Assembly: GCA_029261055.1 (NCBI GenBank)
Contig: JAJDCA010000015.1
Span: forward strand, 83,998 to 147,997
DNA: 64,000 bases
Direction of reading: 5' to 3'
From: Candidatus Omnitrophota bacterium
GTDB lineage: Bacteria > Omnitrophota > Gorgyraeia > Zapsychrales > Zapsychraceae
Shown here: positions 47,301 to 56,057 of the stretch, one piece after another
Numbering within the stretch: position 1 is the stretch's first letter
Layout: each line of letters begins with the position of its first letter
The notes under the pieces: model-generated
Databases searched by the model: none
Told to the model about the DNA's origin: nothing
What the model saw: only the letters and a program-made list of their open reading frames with translations
Made by a program: the position numbers and the translations under genes

Positions 47301-48875
47301 GCCGGCGCTGAAAGTCGTCGTCCGTTAGGGGTTGCCGCCGTTGGAGGTATTGCTTTAGGCACATTTTTAACCCTGTTTGTTGTTCCCGTGGTGTATGTGT
47401 TATTGAATAGAACAAGGAAAGACAAGCTGCGATTAAAAAAACAGACAGTGGCAGCATTATCTGTCATTACAATTTTACCGATGCTATTGACCGGATGTTC
47501 CCCAATTTTAGGAGAAGACTATGTCCGTCCTGATGTAACCTTACCGGTGGATTGGGAATACCGGAGGGAGTATGAAAACTGGAAAGCCGCTACGCCCATA
47601 GATCATCATACTAAAGGACAATGGTGGGAAATTTTTGAAGATGATACACTCAACTATTTACAAAAACAAGCTTTAACGCATAACCATAATTTAAAAAGTG
47701 CCATGGCAAGCGTGCGTCAAGCGCGTGCGCTGGCTCGGATGGATAAGGCTGGGTTTTATCCAACGATTGAAAGTAATCCTGCGTTTGAACGTTCCCGTAC
47801 AACCAAAAACAGTTTTACTTCAACCTCGGCAGGTATAAGTAGTTTTACTTCCGAGCGTTATGAAATTCCGTTTGATTTTAGTTACGAATTGGATTTGTGG
47901 GGGCGTGTTCAACGGGCCTTTGAAGCAGGTGTGGCTCGCGCTGAAGGGACATTGGCGCAATATTACACCGTTATGTTGACGTTAAATGCAGATGTGGCAC
48001 GTCATTATTTTGACTTACGCGAGTTAGAGAAAGAAGTCAAAATTATTGATGAGACCATTAAACTCAGAGAGTATGCCGTTAATGTGGTCGACGAACGCGT
48101 CCAAGGAGGATTAACCAGCGAGTTGGATTTCAATCGCGCTAAAACCGAATTAGCCAAAGTCAAAACGGAACGTATTGATGTGCTGCGCCGCCGGCTGGAA
48201 ACTGAAAATGCATTAGCGGTGTTATGCGGTCAGCTTCCATCGGAATTCTCTTTGGATTTTACAGCCCCGATTATTGATGTTCCGGAAATTCCATTATATA
48301 TCCCATCGGAATTACTTGAGCGACGTCCGGATATTGCCGAAGCAGAACGTAAAGTAGAAGAAGCCAATGCCCAAATCGGTGTCGCTGAGGGGGCTATGTT
48401 TCCTAGAATCAGTTTAACGGCGACGGGAGGTCTTAAGAGCATTGAGATTGATTCGCTATGGGATTTGGAAAGCCGATTTTGGTCGTTAGGGCCGAACATA
48501 TCTATTCCTTTATTTACCGGTGGTAGAGGCAGGGCCAATGTGTGGGCTGTCGAAGCTAAATATGATCAAACGGTTGAAGATTACCGCCAAACAGTTTTAA
48601 CCGCTATTGAAGAAGTTGAAACATCTTTATCTAATGTAAAAATGTTTGGCCAGCAAGGAGTGTCCCAGGAGGAAGTCCTAAAATCGTCCCGCCAAACCGC
48701 AGAACTATCTATCTTTCGTTATAAAGAAGGATTGGTTACATTTTTGGAAGTTATTGATTCTGAGCGCTCCCGATTAGATGCGGAATTGCAAGCTGCACGG
48801 ATATTGAATCAACAGTTGATAGCGACAGTTCACCTGATTAAAGCCCTCGGAGGCAGCTGGAAGGCTAGTCATTAA
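44325..48875 (+). CDS. RND permease (AcrB-like, residues 1 to about 1035) in frame with a TolC/OprM-like outer membrane factor lipoprotein (residues about 1035-1516). No stop codon separates the two modules.
   Basis: One 1516-codon ORF. The AcrB-like 12-TM architecture ends at ...VVYVLLNRTRKDKLR. Then comes a complete lipoprotein signal (RLKKQTVAALSVITILPMLLTGC), followed by two OMF repeat halves. A possible internal start (CTG at 47427) sits 5 nt after AAGGAAAG. Confidence 0.75.
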   Translation: MKLSEISIKRPVLATMMNLLLILFGVVGLSRLPVRELPDIDPPIVNVQTVYPGASAQVIETQVTEPLEDALTSVEGIKKITSENREQLSSITIEFNLSEDVNVAAQDVRDRVARVRGRLPDDIDEPIVSKQDADASPSIWVALFSERFSTLELTTIAENLFKDRLQTVPGVSSVILGGSKRFAIRIRLDSKKMAARGLSVLDVDRALTEQSVELPSGRIESLQRELSIETRGQLKNPDEYNNLVIRREGDDLVRLKDIGFAEIGVEDERSIARYNGKPAVGIGVIKQSKANIIDVATALKVELERIQPMIPEGINYNIPYDESIYIEKSIKEVWITLAIAFILVIGVIYIFLHNVRSTLIPSITIPISIIATFGILYFFGYSINIVTMLAFVLAIGLVVDDAIVVLENIHRHIEEGLSPFQASLLGMKEIGFAVIATTVALVAVFLPMAFQTSDTGRLFIEFAVAISFSVIISTFVALTLAPMMCARVLKPHHENQRQSFLLKFEQWLYRRRKGYLKMLGFTFRHMSIVFGICVLAVAGAFYFYLNLESEFLPEEDKGRLFCIVLAPEGSTSEYTDRMVRKMEAIIQSTPEVDGFFTAVALARGGPGQAAQGLSFIRLKEKRDRHVRDIVGGPTGFRSQFFTTIEGSLVIPIIPKAIGGGFSQPYQLVLQHQDLHELNRIAEEFSNTLRQEGFLLNVRSTFELNKPELRVHINRNRAAVLGVSVQDISRVLQILFGGLDLAKVNLEGKEYDVIVQLERASRLSPSDLEKIYIRNNNGQLIQLNNVIDYETGGGPSAINHFNRLRSATIEATPLDIPLGTAIERTEKLLKESNIQGLRYEWNGEALDLKESGSETVFVILLAILIIYMVLAAQFESLKDPLVIMFTLPLAVFGALGSLWLLAYVDRMAVSGVSFLPRIPAMGINLFSQIGIIMLIGIITKNGILLVDFANQEMAKGQDAMRAMLGAGKMRFRPILMTAFSTIAGILPIAIGFGAGAESRRPLGVAAVGGIALGTFLTLFVVPVVYVLLNRTRKDKLRLKKQTVAALSVITILPMLLTGCSPILGEDYVRPDVTLPVDWEYRREYENWKAATPIDHHTKGQWWEIFEDDTLNYLQKQALTHNHNLKSAMASVRQARALARMDKAGFYPTIESNPAFERSRTTKNSFTSTSAGISSFTSERYEIPFDFSYELDLWGRVQRAFEAGVARAEGTLAQYYTVMLTLNADVARHYFDLRELEKEVKIIDETIKLREYAVNVVDERVQGGLTSELDFNRAKTELAKVKTERIDVLRRRLETENALAVLCGQLPSEFSLDFTAPIIDVPEIPLYIPSELLERRPDIAEAERKVEEANAQIGVAEGAMFPRISLTATGGLKSIEIDSLWDLESRFWSLGPNISIPLFTGGRGRANVWAVEAKYDQTVEDYRQTVLTAIEEVETSLSNVKMFGQQGVSQEEVLKSSRQTAELSIFRYKEGLVTFLEVIDSERSRLDAELQAARILNQQLIATVHLIKALGGSWKASH

Positions 48876-49093
48876 CGAGAACGGAGCAGATAACATTAGT
48901 AAAGATTAGCAAACAACAGTCGCATTCCATTCCATTTTTACAAAAAAAATTGTAAGATTTCCCTCTCAATCCCGACTAACCTCTTAATGGAACGCATAAA
49001 CAAGATCTTGTTAGTATCTACATGTTTTATGCAGGTTGCAGAATAATTATTAATATTTATAATATATAACTTTATTGTCATGAAGGAGTTATT

Positions 49094-49426
49094 TTGAAGA
49101 AAATTGTCTCCATATTCCACAAAGAAACGGGTGAGCTCATTGCGGAAGGTCCTCTTGGCTGGGGAATTATGCCTTTTGAAGGGAATTATTACATTCAAAA
49201 GAGGTATTTAAAAACAAAAGGATTTAAAAATACTTGGTTTCCCGGTCTGTGTATTTATAAATTTTTTTATGTTTGGTTAAATTTTCAAAGAAAAGATGGG
49301 GACGTGGATAAAATGCTTGGATGGCTTTATTTTTTACCGAACCCTTTGTTTCCGTTTATTTGGTTTAGGGTAGCTTTGCCGGGACATCATGAGGCATTAA
49401 GAATTGACGTTACAGAAATTATATAA
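49094..49426 (+). CDS. Hypothetical Trp/Phe-rich small protein (110 aa)
   Basis: ORF with a GGAG RBS. I recognise no domain. Confidence 0.4.
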   Translation: MKKIVSIFHKETGELIAEGPLGWGIMPFEGNYYIQKRYLKTKGFKNTWFPGLCIYKFFYVWLNFQRKDGDVDKMLGWLYFLPNPLFPFIWFRVALPGHHEALRIDVTEII

Positions 49427-49447
49427 ACCGTAAAAATAGGAGAAAAA

Positions 49448-50293
49448 ATGTCGCAGACTAAAGAAGTTCAATTTTCAGATTTAGATTTATCTTTATGGGA
49501 AGCCTCCCGGGATACCATTCATCAGTATGCTAAATTGTTAGGCAAAATTCGAGCCGCGTTAACCCCAAAACAAAAACATTGGTGGAATGTTAGTTTGCGC
49601 GCATCAGCGGTAGGATTTACGACCACACCGATTGCTATTTTTGATCAAAACAAATCCATTGAATTAGAGTTAAATTGTGTGAAACATAAAATTGTGATTA
49701 GTTCATCTAATGGGGAAAAGCAGTGTATTGATCTTGAAGGACAGTCGATTAAGAAAATGTATGAAAATGTTTTATCCATTTTGGCCGATATGAAGGTGCA
49801 ACCAAAACTTGATGAAAGCTTATTTTCAGGTGAGGAAAATTTGCAATATGATCGCACACGCATTGAATCATTTTGGAAATCTTTCGCCCAGATAGATCTT
49901 ATTTTTAAAGAATTTAAAGGCGGGTTACGACAAGAAACAAGTCCTGTCCAGTTATGGCCGCATCATTTTGATTTAGCATTTTTATGGTTTTCAGGTAATC
50001 TTGTACCCGATCAAGATCCAAATAATGAAGAGTATGCGGATGAACAAATGAATTTTGGTTTTTCAACGGGGGATGAAAGTATTAATGAGCCATATTTTTA
50101 TATTACAGCCTATCCCTTGCCGGAACTCCTCCCTAAAATTGCATTACCTCAAGGCGCTTATTGGGAGACAAAAGCATTTAATGGGGCGATTCTTAAATAC
50201 AAAGAACTAACCCAATCAACTAACCCACGAAATACGCTCATCAATTTTCTAAAAGCAGTACAGGATGCGGGTTCAGAGTTTATGTTAAAGTAA
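49448..50293 (+). CDS. Conserved hypothetical protein (281 aa)
   Basis: ORF with an AGGAGA RBS. It contains a LWPHHFDLA motif. Function unknown. Confidence 0.5.
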   Translation: MSQTKEVQFSDLDLSLWEASRDTIHQYAKLLGKIRAALTPKQKHWWNVSLRASAVGFTTTPIAIFDQNKSIELELNCVKHKIVISSSNGEKQCIDLEGQSIKKMYENVLSILADMKVQPKLDESLFSGEENLQYDRTRIESFWKSFAQIDLIFKEFKGGLRQETSPVQLWPHHFDLAFLWFSGNLVPDQDPNNEEYADEQMNFGFSTGDESINEPYFYITAYPLPELLPKIALPQGAYWETKAFNGAILKYKELTQSTNPRNTLINFLKAVQDAGSEFMLK

Positions 50294-50421
50294 TACCAAT
50301 TCCATTAAATAATGACCATAATCTATTCGGCTTTTCTCGAACGTTTCTACGAGAATAGCCACTACCAAAAGGGGAATTATTTAATGGAATTGGTATAAAA
50401 AATCTTAAACAAAGGATAATT

Positions 50422-52392
50422 ATGAGCAAAGACACTAAAAAGATAGTTTGGCATAAAGCTCTTGAAAAAGATGAGTTTCCTGAAGGTCGAGTAAAATCAA
50501 TTACTTTGGGGCATGTAACCGTGGCCCTTACGCATTTTGAGGGAAAGTATGGGGCGCTTAATAATAAATGTCCTCATCAAGGTGGGCCTTTGGGTGAAGG
50601 GTCGATTGAGAATGGTCTTTTGCGATGTCCGTGGCATGGATGGGATTTTTGTCCGCATAGTGGAAATACACCGGGATATGATGATGGTGTTGATGCTTAT
50701 GCCGTCGAGGTGCGAGATGATGGTATTTATGTCGGTCTTGAAGAAGAAGCGCCGCATGTGACAACTGTTTCAGATGTGATGACCGAAACTATGACCAACT
50801 GGGGCGTTAAGCATGTTTTTGGAATTGTTGGGCATTCAAATTTAGGGTTGGCGGATGGATTGCGTATGCAGGCAGAAAAAGGAAATTTGAAGTTTTATGG
50901 CGTTCGTCATGAACTAGCCGCTGCATTTGCGGTATCGGCTTATGGAAAGTTGACAGGTCGTCCTGCGGCATGTCTTTCCATTGCAGGGCCGGGGGCAACG
51001 AATTTATTAACGGGTTTATGGGATGCCAATGTGGATCGTTCACCAGCGATTGCCTTAACTGGGCAAGTGGATACGCAAGTTGTAGGGGCTGGAGCTTTTC
51101 AGGAAGTTGATTTACAAGGGGCATTTGGAACAGTAGCGCAATGGGCGCAACCGGTTTTGCATTCGAGTAAACATGCCGAGTTGATGAATTTAGCCTGCAA
51201 GAGTTCTATTTTGAACCGAGGTGTTTCACATTTGATTTTTCCTGATAATGTTCAGCATATGCCAGCCCCTGAGGGAGAAACGGCCGGAGGCCCAGAGGGA
51301 AGAATTACTTCCGTGGCTATTCGTCCGCCGAAAGAATCTGTTGATAAAGCGGTCGCCTTATTATCAAAATCTGAGCGTCCAACGATTATTGTCGGACATG
51401 GTGCACGGTTTAATATGCCGGCGATTATTCAATTGGCCGAGAGCTTGAATTGTCCGGTGTTAACGACGTTTAAAGGCAAGGGATTGATCCCGGATAGTCA
51501 TCCGTTGGGTTGTGGTGTTTTAGGTAGAAGTGGAACGCCAATTGCCAGTTATTTTATGAATGAATCAGATTGTCTGTTAGTCTTTGGTTCCAGTTTCAGT
51601 AATCATACAGGAATCACGGATCACAAACCAACCATTCAAGTAGATTTTGATGCCATGACTTTAGGCAAGTTTCACAAAATTGATGTACCTGTCTGGGGAG
51701 AAATTGGAGAAACTGTCGAAGTTTTGCAAAACGAATTAAAAGGTAAAACAAAGACCAAAGACCGTCGTGAGGAAATTTCTGCGCGTTGGACCATTTGGCG
51801 CAAAGAAAAGAAAAGCCGGGAAGATGATGATTCTGGTAAGGGGATTAATTCCGCATCCATTTTTTCTGCCTTATCGAGGCATGTTTCTAAAGAGGCTATC
51901 ATGGCCGTTGATGTAGGGAATAATACTTATTCTTTTGGTCGATATTTTGAATGTGAAAACCAAGCTGTATTAATGTCTGGATATCTTGGTTCAATCGGGT
52001 TTTCCTTGCCGGCTGCCATGGGTGCCTGGGCGGCCACGCAAGAAGAGGATGCTCGATTCAAAGGAAGGCCGGTTGTGTCGATTTCCGGAGATGGTGGATT
52101 TGGGCAATGCATGGCGGATGTATCCACCGCCGTAAAATACAAAATGAATATTACGCATATTTTACTCAATAATCATGAATTAGGAAAAATCAGCAAAGAG
52201 CAGCGTGCCGCCAAATGGGATGTCTGGCAAACGTCGCTGGTGAATCCAAATTTTTCCGAGTATGTTACCTCTTATGGGGCATTAGGTATTCGCGTTGAGA
52301 AAAAGGAAGATTTGGATGACGCCATAACAAAGGCCTTGAATCATGAAGGCTTTAGTTTAGTCGAAATCATGTCGGATGCTTTATTAATGTAG
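50422..52392 (+). CDS. Fusion of an N-terminal Rieske [2Fe-2S] domain with a thiamine-diphosphate enzyme of the pyruvate oxidase / acetolactate synthase family
   Basis: Rieske ligand boxes CPHQGG and CPWHGW in the first 110 aa. Then the TPP-enzyme Pyr domain (GPGATNLLTGLWDA) and the TPP-binding motif GDGGFGQCMADV...N. Confidence 0.8.
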   Translation: MSKDTKKIVWHKALEKDEFPEGRVKSITLGHVTVALTHFEGKYGALNNKCPHQGGPLGEGSIENGLLRCPWHGWDFCPHSGNTPGYDDGVDAYAVEVRDDGIYVGLEEEAPHVTTVSDVMTETMTNWGVKHVFGIVGHSNLGLADGLRMQAEKGNLKFYGVRHELAAAFAVSAYGKLTGRPAACLSIAGPGATNLLTGLWDANVDRSPAIALTGQVDTQVVGAGAFQEVDLQGAFGTVAQWAQPVLHSSKHAELMNLACKSSILNRGVSHLIFPDNVQHMPAPEGETAGGPEGRITSVAIRPPKESVDKAVALLSKSERPTIIVGHGARFNMPAIIQLAESLNCPVLTTFKGKGLIPDSHPLGCGVLGRSGTPIASYFMNESDCLLVFGSSFSNHTGITDHKPTIQVDFDAMTLGKFHKIDVPVWGEIGETVEVLQNELKGKTKTKDRREEISARWTIWRKEKKSREDDDSGKGINSASIFSALSRHVSKEAIMAVDVGNNTYSFGRYFECENQAVLMSGYLGSIGFSLPAAMGAWAATQEEDARFKGRPVVSISGDGGFGQCMADVSTAVKYKMNITHILLNNHELGKISKEQRAAKWDVWQTSLVNPNFSEYVTSYGALGIRVEKKEDLDDAITKALNHEGFSLVEIMSDALLM

Positions 52393-52404
52393 AAGGAGGA
52401 TTCA

Positions 52405-52800
52405 ATGGGCACTTTAGGGGCATACTTTGCACCATTATTATTAATTAATGGCGTAGGATTGATTTTATTATCAACGGCATCGCGGTACATGAATGTTAAA
52501 GCCGAAATTCAAAAATTAACACCGGAAGATTGTGCTAAGAAAAAAGAAGAGTTAGGTCGTGAAATAAAGCGAGCTCACCTTTTTCATCGAGCCATGGTAG
52601 GACTTTATTTAAGCATCGGTTTTTTCTCTTCGTCAGCCTTAATCGGGACGTTAATAAAAAATTATCCCCAAGTGGCTGACTTTATATTAAACTCTTTTAC
52701 AATTGCTGGCGTGGCTTGCACTGTTTTTGCGTCATTTCAGTTGATTGTGGAGTCTTTTTTAACGATGGAAATTGTCAAGAAACATGCTGATAAAAAATAG
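52405..52800 (+). CDS. Small 3-TM membrane protein (DUF2721-like)
   Basis: 131 aa with an AGGAGG RBS. The hydropathy pattern is consistent with DUF2721. Confidence in the family assignment is low. Confidence 0.45.
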   Translation: MGTLGAYFAPLLLINGVGLILLSTASRYMNVKAEIQKLTPEDCAKKKEELGREIKRAHLFHRAMVGLYLSIGFFSSSALIGTLIKNYPQVADFILNSFTIAGVACTVFASFQLIVESFLTMEIVKKHADKK

Positions 52801-52811
52801 AAGGGGGAATA

Positions 52812-53162
52812 ATGGAGCATAATATGTTTAAAGGAATTTTTGAATCCGCTTCTGTGGTGATTGATATTGCAGGGGTTTCTATTTTGATTTGGGGGTTTGT
52901 TTTAGCTTTTATTAGTTTGATCAAATGGGAAATATCCAAATTTGTTGGCAAGAAAACCCTGGAAGGAGCTCAGAAAATTAGATGTGTTTTGGGAACTTAC
53001 ATTTTAATCGGGCTCGAATTTATGATTATTTCCGACATCATCCAAACCGTCATCAGTCATTCTAAAGATGATTTGATGTTTCTTGGCGTCATAGTGTTCT
53101 TAAGAACAACCATTGGATTTTTCCTGGGTAAAGAGTTGGAACAAATTAAAAGTGAAAAATAA
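52812..53162 (+). CDS. Small membrane protein (DUF1622-like)
   Basis: 116 aa. The GLEFMIISDIIQTV segment resembles DUF1622. Confidence 0.45.
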   Translation: MEHNMFKGIFESASVVIDIAGVSILIWGFVLAFISLIKWEISKFVGKKTLEGAQKIRCVLGTYILIGLEFMIISDIIQTVISHSKDDLMFLGVIVFLRTTIGFFLGKELEQIKSEK

Positions 53163-53173
53163 AAGGGGATGTT

Positions 53174-54784
53174 ATGAAAAAAATTAGTATTGCGAAATTT
53201 TCGGAGCTTGAAGATAAAAAACCGGCGTATGCTTTAGTCGCCAATGTTGATTTGGTCATTATTAAATATGATGACAATGTTTCTGTATTGTATGGACGGT
53301 GCGCCCATCGTGGGGCTTTGATGTCGGATGGAACAATTCAGGGTAATGATATTATTTGTGGTGTGCATGGATGGGATTACAAGTTTGATACAGGGGTGAG
53401 TGCGTACAATAATGAAGAGAAGCTTCCGAAATTTAATGCCTGGATTGAAAATGGTGATGTACTTGTGGATGAAGATGAAATTGCGGCTTGGGAAGAAAAG
53501 AATCCACAGGCTTACAATCGTGATGCCTATCAAGGGCTTTACAAAGATTTACACGGCGGGCCAGAAGAGCCGCATTACAAATTTATTCAGCAATTAGCCA
53601 AAGATGGATTGTCTAAGTTTGGTCATCATGGTCCGGCCTCGGCCATGGGGGTAGCTCGTCAAGAGTTGCCGCAATGGGATGATATTCAATTTTTGACGGC
53701 GCAGTTAGCTACCTTACCACAGCTGGATGATGTTGCAGTAGGATCTGAGATTGTTATTGGTCCTAAGGCGAAAAAGCCGTTAACATTGAAGATTCCATTG
53801 TTTGTTTCCGATATGAGTTTTGGAGCTTTATCTGAAGAGGCCAAGATAGCTTTAGCTAAAGGGGCTGAGATAGCCGGCACAGGTATTTGCAGTGGAGAAG
53901 GGGGGATGCTTCCCGAGGAACAAGCTGCCAATGCGCGTTATTTTTATGAATTAGCCTCAGGCCGGTTTGGGTATTCTATTGATAAAGTCAAAAAATGTCA
54001 GGCCTTTCATTTTAAAGGAGGGCAAGGAGCTAAGACGGGAACCGGCGGACATTTGCCAGGTTCAAAAGTGAAGGGAAAAATCGCCAAAGTTAGAGGGCTG
54101 AATGAAGGCGAAGCGGCTATTTCACCGCCACGGTTTCCTGACTGGGATGATATCAAATATCTTAAAGAGTTTGCCGTTATGATCAAAGAAGAAACCGGCG
54201 GTATTCCAGTAGGTTACAAATTGTCCGCACAGCATATTGAGAAAGATATTGATGCCGCATTGGATATCGGCTGTGATTACATTATTCTTGATGGTCGCGG
54301 TGGTGGGACAGGCGCCGCGCCATTGATTTTCCGCGACAATATTTCTGTACCGACCATTCCTGCTTTAGCCCGGGCCAGAAAACATTTAGACAAAACGGAT
54401 AAAAATGTTACCCTAATCATCACCGGAGGCTTGCGTGTTCCGGCTGATTTTGCCAAGGCATTAGCGTTAGGAGCGGATGCGATCGCGGTATCCAATTCGG
54501 CTATTCAAGCGATTGGATGTTTAGGGATGCGGGCGTGTCACACGAATAATTGTCCTGTGGGTATTGCGACACAAAAAGAAGATTTAAGAAAACGGATTAT
54601 GATTGACGAGTCAGCCAAACGGTTGGCTAATTTTTTTAATGCGTCCGTTGATTTAATGAAAGTTTTAGCCCGAGCCTGTGGGTATACCGATTTTAATCAG
54701 TTTAATAGTGAAAACTTGACAACGTTTAAAAGGGATATGGCTTATCTGACAGGGGTTAATTACGGTGGGGTTGTTTCTGTCTAA
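53174..54784 (+). CDS. Fusion of an N-terminal Rieske [2Fe-2S] domain with an FMN-binding glutamate-synthase-family (GltB domain-2-like) domain
   Basis: Rieske boxes CAHRGA and CGVHGW. GltS domain: ILDGRGGGTGAAPLIFRDNISVPT and a C-terminal Cys cluster (CHTNNCPVGIATQ). Confidence 0.8.
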   Translation: MKKISIAKFSELEDKKPAYALVANVDLVIIKYDDNVSVLYGRCAHRGALMSDGTIQGNDIICGVHGWDYKFDTGVSAYNNEEKLPKFNAWIENGDVLVDEDEIAAWEEKNPQAYNRDAYQGLYKDLHGGPEEPHYKFIQQLAKDGLSKFGHHGPASAMGVARQELPQWDDIQFLTAQLATLPQLDDVAVGSEIVIGPKAKKPLTLKIPLFVSDMSFGALSEEAKIALAKGAEIAGTGICSGEGGMLPEEQAANARYFYELASGRFGYSIDKVKKCQAFHFKGGQGAKTGTGGHLPGSKVKGKIAKVRGLNEGEAAISPPRFPDWDDIKYLKEFAVMIKEETGGIPVGYKLSAQHIEKDIDAALDIGCDYIILDGRGGGTGAAPLIFRDNISVPTIPALARARKHLDKTDKNVTLIITGGLRVPADFAKALALGADAIAVSNSAIQAIGCLGMRACHTNNCPVGIATQKEDLRKRIMIDESAKRLANFFNASVDLMKVLARACGYTDFNQFNSENLTTFKRDMAYLTGVNYGGVVSV

Positions 54785-54794
54785 AGGAGGAGGT

Positions 54795-56057
54795 ATGAAG
54801 GTAGAGATGAAAGAAAGAACGATTGTTGATCAGTATTTAAAAGTGCGTCGATTCAGTGAGAGTTTATCGGCACATTTAGAGCCTGAAGATTGTGTGATAC
54901 AAACCATGCCGGATATCAGTCCGACCAAATGGCATTTGGCCCATACGACTTGGTTGTTTGAAACTTTTATTCTCAAGGCAAAGGTGCCTAATTATCAACC
55001 CTTTCATCCACAGTATGAATATCTTTTTAATTCTTATTACAACAGCGTCGGAAGGCAGTTTTTTCGACCGCATCGCGGGCATTTGTCACGTCCAACAGTG
55101 GCTGAGGTCAATAAATATCGACAGGCCATTGATCAACGCATGGTAGAGCTTCTTCAAAATTGTAAAGAAGAGGATCAGCCTGAAGCGCGATCACTTGTTG
55201 AATTAGGATTGCATCATGAACAACAGCATCAAGAGTTGATGGTGACGGATATTAAACATGTTTTTTCCTGCAATCCATTGCATCCGGTGTATTGGAATTG
55301 CCCTGTGCTTTATGCCGATGCCACGCCGGCCTTAACCTTTAAGTCTTTTGAAAAAGATGTTTATTGGATAGGGCATGAAGGAGAAGGGTTTGGGTATGAC
55401 AATGAGTTTCCTCGGCATGAAAAGCTTGTTCATGGATTTAAAATCGGATCACGTTTGATTACCAATGCGGAGTACATGGAATTTATCAATGATGGGGGTT
55501 ACACAAAGTCTGAATTTTGGTTGTCTGATGCCTGGGCTATGGTCAATCAACAGCAATGGACCGCTCCATTGTATTGGCAGAAAGAGGGCGAAGAGTGGTT
55601 TTATTTCACTTTGAATGGTTATGTGAAGGTGAACCCCTACACGCCGGTGTGTCATGTTAGTTTTTATGAAGCTGATGCTTATGCCCGCTGGGCGGGTAAA
55701 CGACTTCCGACGGAAGAAGAATGGGAAATTGCGTTTCGGGATGATCCGATCGAAGGTAATTTTGTTGAATCGCAATGTTTTTCACCGCTTGCGTTAAATA
55801 GTCAGGATATCAAAAAAACACAGGCGTATGGAGATGTATGGGAGTGGACGGGATCACCGTATGTCGGTTATCCAGGTTACAAAGCGGCCGCAGGGGCCAT
55901 TGGGGAATACAATGGAAAGTTCATGAACAATCAAAGGGTATTAAAAGGCGGGTCGTGTGCCACTTCGCAATCGCATATGCGTCCAACCTATCGAAATTTT
56001 TTCTTCCCTGAGCAAAGATGGCAATTTATGGGAATCAGATTAGCAGAGGATTTATGA
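54795..56057 (+). CDS. egtB: EgtB-like sulfoxide synthase (DinB_2 plus FGE-sulfatase domains), the ergothioneine biosynthesis hercynine oxygenase
   Basis: N-terminal DinB-like metal site (WHLAHTTWLFETF). The C-terminal FGE-sulfatase fold reads RGGSCATSQSHMRPTYRNFF. 420 aa. AAGGAGGAGG RBS. Confidence 0.8.
   Translation: MKVEMKERTIVDQYLKVRRFSESLSAHLEPEDCVIQTMPDISPTKWHLAHTTWLFETFILKAKVPNYQPFHPQYEYLFNSYYNSVGRQFFRPHRGHLSRPTVAEVNKYRQAIDQRMVELLQNCKEEDQPEARSLVELGLHHEQQHQELMVTDIKHVFSCNPLHPVYWNCPVLYADATPALTFKSFEKDVYWIGHEGEGFGYDNEFPRHEKLVHGFKIGSRLITNAEYMEFINDGGYTKSEFWLSDAWAMVNQQQWTAPLYWQKEGEEWFYFTLNGYVKVNPYTPVCHVSFYEADAYARWAGKRLPTEEEWEIAFRDDPIEGNFVESQCFSPLALNSQDIKKTQAYGDVWEWTGSPYVGYPGYKAAAGAIGEYNGKFMNNQRVLKGGSCATSQSHMRPTYRNFFFPEQRWQFMGIRLAEDL

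Noticed and set aside
47481-47483. Internal ATG (M of ...PMLLTGC) as the start of the outer-membrane-factor module
   Set aside because: A start here would leave only a 5-residue MLLTG before the lipobox Cys, which is not a functional signal peptide. The upstream CTG/GTG candidates, or a true fusion, are more plausible.
48938-49198. 86-codon minus-strand ORF in the AT-rich gap after the RND-OMF gene
   Set aside because: It overlaps the promoter and 5' end of the + strand gene at 49094. AT-rich intergenic DNA readily yields such ORFs. There is no RBS.
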